From: Promethearchaeota archaeon
GTDB taxonomy: Archaea > Asgardarchaeota > Hermodarchaeia > Hermodarchaeales > Hermodarchaeaceae
Assembly (NCBI GenBank): GCA_048938295.1
Contig: JBHLMI010000003.1
Location: forward strand, 60,001 to 92,000
Direction: 5' to 3'
Length of the DNA: 32,000 nucleotides
This document shows positions 16,539 to 23,693 of the stretch, in pieces. The position numbers and the translations under genes are program-made. Position 1 is the stretch's first letter, and the number at the start of each line of letters is the position of its first letter. The notes below the pieces were generated by a model. That model ran no database searches. It saw only the letters and a program-made list of their open reading frames with translations, and was not told the origin of the DNA.

Positions 16539-17636
16539 ATGGTTCGTGTAATTGGCATTGACCCCGGAACGCGATCCTTTGATTTCTGTGGATTAGAAGA
16601 TGGCAAAATTTTCTTACAAACCTCGATAACTAGTGTTGAGGTTGCTGAAAATCCACAGAGCATTCTTGATGTCATTACCAAAGCGGATAACATTGATTTG
16701 GTAGCTGGGCCATCCGGCTATGGTCTGCCACTCCTGCCAGCCAACAAGGTGACAGAAAAAGAATTCTTCCAATTGGTTCTCGTCCGACATGACGATGACA
16801 AAATCCCAGTACTAGAAGCAATCAAGGATATGGTCCGTCTCGTTCAGAAAACCGATATCAATATGATCTTTATTCCTGGTGTCATTCATCTTCACTCAGT
16901 CCCAGTTTGGCGAAAACATAATCGAATTGACCTGGGAACAGCCGATAAGTTATGTTGCGCTATTTTGGGTGTATATGATCAAGCACGCCATCTGGATATT
17001 CCAGCAAACAAAACAGCATTCATTCTTGTCGAATTAGGATACGGATATCCTGCTGCAGTTGCTGTGAAAAATGGACTTGTCGTTGATGGAATCGGAGGAA
17101 CTATCGGAGGTCCTGGATTTCTTACGCTTGGAGGAATGGATGGAGAACTGGCTTACCTTCTCCGGGGTTTCGCAAAAGGCACATTATTTCAGGGTGGTGT
17201 ATTATCATCCTTAGATGATCCGAGCTTGAGCCCCGAGGCATTTGCCGAATTGTTGCAAAAAGATGATAAGAAAGCTCAGCAAGCATGGAATGCTGTTGCA
17301 GAAGGACTTGCAAAGTCTGTATCTGCCCTTATGGTTTCTGTTCCACATCCAAAGGAGATCATCCTTTCAGGTCGTCTAACCAGAGTTCCTGCCCTTGTTG
17401 AAGATCTTACTAAGCGTATGAAGCAGTTTGGATATCCAGTACGACGTGTACAACGACTTGGTGATCAATCAAAAGAAGCAGCCCAGGGTGCCGCCCTATT
17501 TGCTGATGGTCTTGCTGGTGGGTTCTCTGCCAGCTTGGTTAAGACAATGCGTCTTAAAGAGTGCAGTGGTTCAGTCTTGGATTGGATCAGCCTTCCTCAA
17601 GCCGATGCCATCCGCAATATGTACAAGGAAGCCTAA
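16539..17636 (+). CDS. DUF1464-family protein (ASKHA/acetate-kinase-like fold)
   Basis: MVRVIGIDPGTRSFD, GPSGYGLP, PGVIHL..VP..RK.NRIDLGTADK, ELGYGY, DGIGGT, DGELAYL, IILSGR, KEAAQGAA..ADGLAGG. GAGG lies upstream of the ATG at 16539. Confidence 0.85.
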   Translation: MVRVIGIDPGTRSFDFCGLEDGKIFLQTSITSVEVAENPQSILDVITKADNIDLVAGPSGYGLPLLPANKVTEKEFFQLVLVRHDDDKIPVLEAIKDMVRLVQKTDINMIFIPGVIHLHSVPVWRKHNRIDLGTADKLCCAILGVYDQARHLDIPANKTAFILVELGYGYPAAVAVKNGLVVDGIGGTIGGPGFLTLGGMDGELAYLLRGFAKGTLFQGGVLSSLDDPSLSPEAFAELLQKDDKKAQQAWNAVAEGLAKSVSALMVSVPHPKEIILSGRLTRVPALVEDLTKRMKQFGYPVRRVQRLGDQSKEAAQGAALFADGLAGGFSASLVKTMRLKECSGSVLDWISLPQADAIRNMYKEA

Positions 17637-18628
17637 TGTATGATGACCTTCGCCCCCTGGTTATTCACAGGAGTCGAAAAAACATGCCCACCTGACCCAG
17701 TTTCTAAAACTGCTTGCACCGCCTTTTTCACTTCTGAAACCTTCTTTGTTCCACGAACCAGCCCATAACAGGTTGGACCCCAAGAACTTTGCCCAGCTCC
17801 TAAAGCCCCAACATCTAGCAGTGCCTTGATACAGTCATTTATTACAGGTGATGCATATCGTCCTCCTTGTGCTGACGCAAACGCCTCTCCCACAAGAATC
17901 TGTATCTGTGTCAATGCTTCACCAAACCGTTCGATGTCATCGTCAACAATGGCAGGGAGCAATTTCATCAAAAGTAATCGACTAGCTATCTGAGCTGATT
18001 CAGGTGCAGCTACCGGGAGGTCACGAAACGCCTTTCTTTCCATCTCACCACTCAAGCCCCTCGCAACATTCGGAACCGCTATTACAAAGATCCAATCCTC
18101 GGGAATGGTGTGGTGAAAAATCAGCGGTGGCACCATATCCTTTTGGTTTCTGGTAGGTTCAATAACTTTCCCTCCATCGATAACAAACCCTCCAACCTCA
18201 AAGGTTGCTGTTCCTACACCAGAAACCAGTCCTCGCCAAAGGATGTTCGATAAGTCTCTTACACTCGTGTTGACTCCAACTATCGTTGACAGTCCTGTTC
18301 CAATTGCTAAACCTAATTGCGTACCTGATCCCAACCCAACATGGGCTGGAATGGTTTCCCGCACAGTCACCCGGAACCCAGTACCTATCGCCAACTTTGT
18401 AATAATCTGAGTGGCGATCGCTTTTACCTGATCCTGATTCTGCCCTGAAACCACTAGCCCGTCATCATTGGGTGTTACCTCAACAATACATTCGGGCTGT
18501 TGAAGTGAAACCCCCAACGAGCCAAACTTGCGTCCCAAACCACCATGCAGGTCGATGAATCCCAGATGAAGTCGCGCTGTTGTACGGACAAGAACTTTAT
18601 CAGGAGTTGAACTAGCCATTAACTTCAC
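17633..18628 (-). CDS. mptG: Beta-ribofuranosylaminobenzene 5'-phosphate (beta-RFAP) synthase, GHMP family
   Basis: ARLHLGFIDL, GSLGV, PAHVGLGSGTQL, SGVG...F..GGFVIDGG, GAGQSSWGPT. Confidence 0.92.
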   Translation of the reverse strand: MKLMASSTPDKVLVRTTARLHLGFIDLHGGLGRKFGSLGVSLQQPECIVEVTPNDDGLVVSGQNQDQVKAIATQIITKLAIGTGFRVTVRETIPAHVGLGSGTQLGLAIGTGLSTIVGVNTSVRDLSNILWRGLVSGVGTATFEVGGFVIDGGKVIEPTRNQKDMVPPLIFHHTIPEDWIFVIAVPNVARGLSGEMERKAFRDLPVAAPESAQIASRLLLMKLLPAIVDDDIERFGEALTQIQILVGEAFASAQGGRYASPVINDCIKALLDVGALGAGQSSWGPTCYGLVRGTKKVSEVKKAVQAVLETGSGGHVFSTPVNNQGAKVIIH

Positions 18629-19257
18629 TTAATCCATTTAGGCAAGAGTGCTTCCACCTTTCGAATGACTTCTGCTGCAGGAGATTGTGGGGCAATCCGT
18701 TCCACAAATGCATAGTACTCACCGATTTGATGAGCTAGATGCTTAACAGTGATAGGATCAGTTTTATGCAATGCACGAATTTTAGTCGCATATATCACAC
18801 ATTCTATAGCAGCACTTCGCGAGCGTGAAAACACCATCGGAAACTTCGATGTAATCTCTACATGCTGGACGGTGCACAAGAATTCTTTGAAAGGAACAGC
18901 AGATTCGGGTGAGTGCTTAGGCTTAACAGTAACCTCGACGAATGCATTGGCACCGAATAATCTTGGGGGCTTCACTGTCTTTGCTGAAACGTATTCAACT
19001 GATTGTAATTGCCGGAGTTCCTCTTTGAAGGCAAATGACAGGAACAGTTCTGGATTCTGAGATAAGTTGAGAACCGCCTCTCCAGTAATCTCCATATTGC
19101 GGGCGCTTTGCGTTTCCTGATAGGGCTTAAGAGCTAGTCGAGGACCCTTTTCAATCCATACTCCCATAGGGGCAGTATTGGGTTCCCCTTTCGCAGAAAT
19201 TGTTGTCAGAAGAACCTCAACAACCTCACCGTTGATGAACCCTAGCTTCGGTAGCAC
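18625..19257 (-). CDS. DUF447-family protein
   Basis: EVLLTTISAKGEPNTAPMGV, Y.ETQSARN, SR...AAIECVIYATK. GTG at 19257 is a plausible start (ORF track begins at 19308). Overlaps the beta-RFAP synthase start by 4 nt. Confidence 0.82.
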   Translation of the reverse strand: MLPKLGFINGEVVEVLLTTISAKGEPNTAPMGVWIEKGPRLALKPYQETQSARNMEITGEAVLNLSQNPELFLSFAFKEELRQLQSVEYVSAKTVKPPRLFGANAFVEVTVKPKHSPESAVPFKEFLCTVQHVEITSKFPMVFSRSRSAAIECVIYATKIRALHKTDPITVKHLAHQIGEYYAFVERIAPQSPAAEVIRKVEALLPKWIK

Positions 19258-19385
19258 AATAGAAAAATCAGTGATGTGAACACACCCATAACTGGTCTCT
19301 GTACACAATCGCAGTATATCTCACCTTAATGTCTTTTCTTAAAAGGAGAAAACACCTTAGGCAAAATGCCCAACGAAATGACTTA

Positions 19386-19742
19386 CTAGCTATTATCAAG
19401 CATAGGATTCTCGATGGGCCAACCCATCGCATTCAACGCTAATCTGGCAAGATCACGGATAGCTTCCCAAGCAGAATCTGTTTTTAGAGTTTCTTCCATC
19501 CAAAAACGCGAGTTATCGGGGCCACTTATCTCATCCAATTTTTTATTCAAGTCTTCAAGAAGTTTCTGCGCTTTGACAGGAAATAAAGTTCGACGTCGTT
19601 TAATCACCTGGTACCACTGATCAAACTCAATAGCCAACTCGTCGACTTTCCACTCAAAGTCGGGGAAAAGCTGGAGTTGTATATCCGCTGGTGCAGCTAG
19701 AGCTTGAAGAGACCATCTAAACCGTACCATCGAATAGTCCAT
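19386..19742 (-). CDS. Small hypothetical alpha-helical protein
   Basis: ORF 19386..19757; ATG at 19742 follows GGAGG. The protein-like composition (SLQALAAP...FP...DELAIEFD...W...R.LA..AL) fills the gap. No confident family. Confidence 0.7.
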   Translation of the reverse strand: MDYSMVRFRWSLQALAAPADIQLQLFPDFEWKVDELAIEFDQWYQVIKRRRTLFPVKAQKLLEDLNKKLDEISGPDNSRFWMEETLKTDSAWEAIRDLARLALNAMGWPIENPMLDNS

Positions 19743-20111
19743 GTGACCTGCCTCCAACGTCGCATGCTAGTATGAAGTGTAGGATAGTTGACCCGATATA
19801 TCGTCCGACGCGAACTGTGTATTGTTACGAATCTTCCTTATTACCATAATGGTGGCAAAATCGTCGACAGACTTATTTAGTCTCTTTTAAAAACATACTT
19901 GATGCCTACTCCCAATTCAGAAATCAACTAGTCCTTATAATCTCTACTTCAAGTCAAGTTTTTCTAATTCCGATTAATAAAATCGTTAATTCAATAAAAT
20001 TCCACAGAAGCCCAATAGTACTTTCCAATACAAGTTTCATTTACTAGTAACTCATCAATTAGAAAAGACTAAAGAGATAGGGTATGACCTTGAGTGGGAT
20101 GCTGACCAACA

Positions 20112-21068
20112 ATGTCTCCTCGTGACGTCCATAACGATAGCCCCGATGTCTCCGTTCACGTTCAACGAGTGGGAGTTACAGGAATTCGTGTTCCGGTTCA
20201 ATTTATTTTCTTTGATGAACAACCAGCCATTGTTGTACCCACCTTTGATGTCTTCGTTGATTTACCCGCATTCCAAAAAGGTATTCATCCTTCTCGGAAC
20301 ATCGAAGCGACAGTTGAAATCGTGAGCCAACATGCCCATAAGCTCCATTGGCTCGAAGATCTCTGTGCCGATATCGCCCAAGAGCAATTAATCCGACACA
20401 AGTATGCCCAAGAAGCCGAGGTTCGAGCTTCAGCCGATGTTGTGTTTGCACGAGCTACACCCCAAACAAACATCGAGACTTACGAGTCTTGCACAATGAA
20501 GGCTAGAGCCATTGCACGAAGAAAAGAAAGAAAGAGCATCAGTATCCGAAAATGGATTGGTGTCACCGTCTCCGGAATCGCCACCTGTCCCTGCGCCCAA
20601 GAAATGTTGCGCGATGATGCAGTGGCGAAACTCAAAAATAAATTTACCATCACTGAAACCGAAGCCAAACGAATCACCGAAGCTCTACCAATTGGAAGCC
20701 ACATGCAACGGAGTTATGGTTCTGTCATGGTGGAAATTCCTCCCAAGTTTAAGATCAATGCCTTACAACTGGTGGATATCGTGGAGCAGTCGATGAGCGC
20801 CAGTACCTTTGAGTTATTAAAACGTCCAGATGAAGCCCAGGTAGTTCAAACCGCATTGGATAATCCAAAATTTGTGGAAGACGCCATCCGCCAAATGATA
20901 AAACGTGTCGTTGAGGCGTTTCCCAAACTCCCCGATGACATGGAGTTATCCTTTGAACAACGAAATGAAGAATGCATTCACCGGCACGATCTTGTTGCAC
21001 AGGAAATGCTCACCATGGGAGAAGCAAGAAAGCAAATCCAAAAAAATAGCAGCCATAGCACAGTCTAG
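20112..21068 (+). CDS. mptA: GTP cyclohydrolase MptA (FolE2/type IV family)
   Basis: RVGVTG, FVDLP..QKGIH.SR, TCPCA, H.QR, LLKRPDE, NPKFVED, E.IH.HD (EECIHRHD where ESIH is usual). Confidence 0.93.
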   Translation: MSPRDVHNDSPDVSVHVQRVGVTGIRVPVQFIFFDEQPAIVVPTFDVFVDLPAFQKGIHPSRNIEATVEIVSQHAHKLHWLEDLCADIAQEQLIRHKYAQEAEVRASADVVFARATPQTNIETYESCTMKARAIARRKERKSISIRKWIGVTVSGIATCPCAQEMLRDDAVAKLKNKFTITETEAKRITEALPIGSHMQRSYGSVMVEIPPKFKINALQLVDIVEQSMSASTFELLKRPDEAQVVQTALDNPKFVEDAIRQMIKRVVEAFPKLPDDMELSFEQRNEECIHRHDLVAQEMLTMGEARKQIQKNSSHSTV

Positions 21069-21109
21069 AGAACAACTTTTTTGGCTCAGCAAAGTATCAA
21101 GACGTGGTG

Positions 21110-21901
21110 TTGGATTTGAGCCCCATCAATTTAAAGGAGTGGTGGCCGCGTTACGGAGCCATTGTCGAACAATTCGGTTACGAGATGAAGACTGACCAAG
21201 AGGCTGCTGACCTCCTTAGCGGATACATCGTAAACGCAGCCATGCCTTTATCAGATGCTCAAGCAAAAGTAGAAGGTAAAAATGTCATAGCCTGTGGAGC
21301 AGGCCCATCAATCCCAAACAACTTGGTCGAGATCAAGGATTATGGATTGCTGGATGATGCAGTTATCTTTGTTGCTGATGGAGCCACCACTGCCTGTTTG
21401 GAGCAAGACATCACACCTGATTTTATCCTTACAGATTTGGATGGCAACATGGAAGACATTATATCAGCTCAAAAACGGGGCGCAGTGGTGGTTGTTCATG
21501 CACACGGTGATAACATTCACGCCTTGGAGACCTGGATCACTCGTCTCCTAGAAGGGCGAGCTTTGATCGGCTCCACTCAGATTCGACCACGCCCCGATGT
21601 TTACAACCTGGGCGGATTCACCGATGGAGACCGCTGCGTCTTCTGGGCAGAAGGGCTAAAAGCTGCGAAAATCGCGTTAGCGGGAATGGATTTTGGAAAC
21701 ATGATTGGCCGGTACTCCAAGCCTGAGTTACACCATGATGTGATAGCCAGTCCAGTGAAACGACAAAAGCTCTTGATTGCAAAAGAGTTATTATCTTGGC
21801 TGGCAACCTGGAGTGAAAGTATATTGTTCAATCTCACCGGAATCTATTCAACAATCCATGGGATTCCGTATCGAGAAATACCAACATTCACCTGGGAATA
21901 A
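21110..21901 (+). CDS. mptE: 6-hydroxymethyl-7,8-dihydropterin pyrophosphokinase MptE
   Basis: W...Y..I...FGY...D, GAGPS, ADGAT, TDLDG, VHAHGDN, N.GGFTDGDR, GMDFG..IGRYSK. Start is GTG 21104 or TTG 21110. Confidence 0.92.
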   Translation: MDLSPINLKEWWPRYGAIVEQFGYEMKTDQEAADLLSGYIVNAAMPLSDAQAKVEGKNVIACGAGPSIPNNLVEIKDYGLLDDAVIFVADGATTACLEQDITPDFILTDLDGNMEDIISAQKRGAVVVVHAHGDNIHALETWITRLLEGRALIGSTQIRPRPDVYNLGGFTDGDRCVFWAEGLKAAKIALAGMDFGNMIGRYSKPELHHDVIASPVKRQKLLIAKELLSWLATWSESILFNLTGIYSTIHGIPYREIPTFTWE

Positions 21902-21933
21902 CCAGTTCCAGCCACCTGGGAGGACAATGGGCG

Positions 21934-23532
21934 ATGAAGATATTATTAGTAACAGGAACATTGGCAGCCCCACAATTACGACAAATCATAGACGAGAATC
22001 CGACGGCTCATACTTTCGATATATTGGAATTACCCTTGGCTGTTGCCGCATTCCTTCATCCGAAGTATGTGCTATCACAAATCAAGCTCAGAGGTCCTGT
22101 GGAGGAGTATAACCTCATTCTGCTACCCGGTATGGTTTTAGGAGATACTAGCATTGTGACGAAGAGCATCGGCATTCCTACTTTCAAAGGCACACGGCAT
22201 GCCGCCGATCTTCCGCTTTTATTTGATATCCTCTTTGATGCTGAAAACCAGCTATCCACCACTCAAGCTGCAGATCTCGTCTTCGCCGATAAACTTGCTA
22301 AGAAGGCGCAATATGACCTTACTCGGGCTGACAAACTTTTACAGGGCAAAATCCCTGAAGGATACCTCACGCTAGGCAGAGGAGATAATCGGCTCATTAT
22401 CGGACCTCGCTTACCTATGCGAATCATTGCCGAAATCACAGATGCGCCACTCCGATCCGAAGAGGAGCTCCTGCTCCTAGCCCGTCATTTCGCGACGAGT
22501 GGTGCACACATCATTGACATTGGCATGGTCGCTGAATCACCTGACCCTACCGCGGCTCATGACATTGTCAAGCTAATGCGGAAACACCTTACTGCTTTTG
22601 TAAGTATTGATTCGATGAAACCAGAAGAAATCGAAGCAGGCCTGGATGCAGGAGCACATCTGGTGCTAAGCTTAGATCAGGATAACATGATGGACATTGA
22701 GAAGAAATATCGGAACCGTGCCATCTTCACGGTTATCCCTGCAGCTCAACAAGGGGCAGAAATCCCCAAATCGCTTGAGGAGCGAGTCGAATTACTTTCT
22801 GATAATTTATCCAATGCTCGGAGTCTCGGTTACAAGAAGCTCATCGCCGATCCCCTCTGTGACCCATTGATTACACCAGGACTGATGAACGCCCTGCAAG
22901 CCTATGCATTGTTTGGAAAAAGAGAACCTCATGTGCCCATGCTGATGGGCATTGGTAACATCACAGAGCTATTGGATGCAGACAGTCCTGGAGCCAATGC
23001 CCTCCTCGCTGGTCTAGCCACGGAACTAGGAGTCTCATTACTCCTAACCACAGAAGTCAGCCCGAAGACCAAAGGTTCAGTCTGGGAATCTCACCGAGCT
23101 GCACAAATGATGCATTTAGCCCGGCGCCGACGGGCCCACCCTAAAGACATCGGGCTTGATCTACTCCTGCTGAAGCCCAAAAGGTTTCCTGAACAACCCT
23201 TTGAACGAGACGAAGGCGTTGACTATCCAATCATAAATGTCACACAGGAAGCTGCAACCATCCGTTTAGATAGAGCGGGATTTTTCACCTTTCATGTCGA
23301 CCGAAAACGTTACTTGTTAATCACTCGTCATTACACTTCAGAAACACGGGAGACCCCATCCCTTGAGTTAGAAGGCGCGAACGCCGAACAACTCATCAAC
23401 GCCATCCTGACCCGAAAACTCGTTACCCAGTTTGATCATGCCGCTTACATCGGACGCGAACTTACCAGAGCCGAACTAGCCCTAATAACAGGACGACCTT
23501 ATATCCAAGAAGCTCCGCTATTTAGCAAGTAG
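21934..23532 (+). CDS. Dihydropteroate synthase-like protein (archaeal MJ0107/TIGR00284 type) with C-terminal DUF4346-like domain
   Basis: MKILLVTGTLA N-domain; pterin-binding barrel (IIAEI, GAHIIDIG, SIDS, IADP, MGIGNITEL.DADS.G.NA); C-terminal LDRAGFF.F...DHAAYIGREL.RAELAL..GRPYIQE. Confidence 0.9.
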   Translation: MKILLVTGTLAAPQLRQIIDENPTAHTFDILELPLAVAAFLHPKYVLSQIKLRGPVEEYNLILLPGMVLGDTSIVTKSIGIPTFKGTRHAADLPLLFDILFDAENQLSTTQAADLVFADKLAKKAQYDLTRADKLLQGKIPEGYLTLGRGDNRLIIGPRLPMRIIAEITDAPLRSEEELLLLARHFATSGAHIIDIGMVAESPDPTAAHDIVKLMRKHLTAFVSIDSMKPEEIEAGLDAGAHLVLSLDQDNMMDIEKKYRNRAIFTVIPAAQQGAEIPKSLEERVELLSDNLSNARSLGYKKLIADPLCDPLITPGLMNALQAYALFGKREPHVPMLMGIGNITELLDADSPGANALLAGLATELGVSLLLTTEVSPKTKGSVWESHRAAQMMHLARRRRAHPKDIGLDLLLLKPKRFPEQPFERDEGVDYPIINVTQEAATIRLDRAGFFTFHVDRKRYLLITRHYTSETRETPSLELEGANAEQLINAILTRKLVTQFDHAAYIGRELTRAELALITGRPYIQEAPLFSK

Positions 23533-23579
23533 TTCCTGGGATGACTAATTTTGAGGTCACACTTATCGTCTCTTAAAGC

Positions 23580-23597
23580 TTTTATACCGTGGTATAA
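23580..23597 (+). promoter_or_regulatory. TATA box with overlapping inverted repeat
   Basis: AAAGC-TTTTATA (TATA-like at 23580-23586) overlaps TTATACC-GT-GGTATAA (23582-23597, perfect 7-bp arms), about 100 nt upstream of the 23694 start. Confidence 0.5.
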
Positions 23598-23693
23598 TCA
23601 TTCTAACTAATTCAGCCTGCATGCGGTCGTCTCCATCTCTCACTTTTCCGATGGAACGTCTTGATATGAGTGAGCTGAAGGAAGGAAACTAAC

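Noticed and set aside
16539-17636. Butyrate kinase annotation for DUF1464
   Set aside because: Only the generic ASKHA phosphate-loop motif is visible. The context is pterin biosynthesis, with no acyltransferase partner nearby.
19954-20040. 28-codon minus-strand ORF (MKLVLESTIGLLWNFIELTILLIGIRKT)
   Set aside because: Hydrophobic small ORFs arise easily in AT-rich DNA, and there is no convincing RBS. It would need ribosome profiling or conservation to support it.
23611-23679. Possible structured leader (CTCACT/AGTGAG, TTCC/GGAA) upstream of the 965-aa gene
   Set aside because: The stems are only 4-6 bp and within chance expectation, and no riboswitch consensus is recognised.
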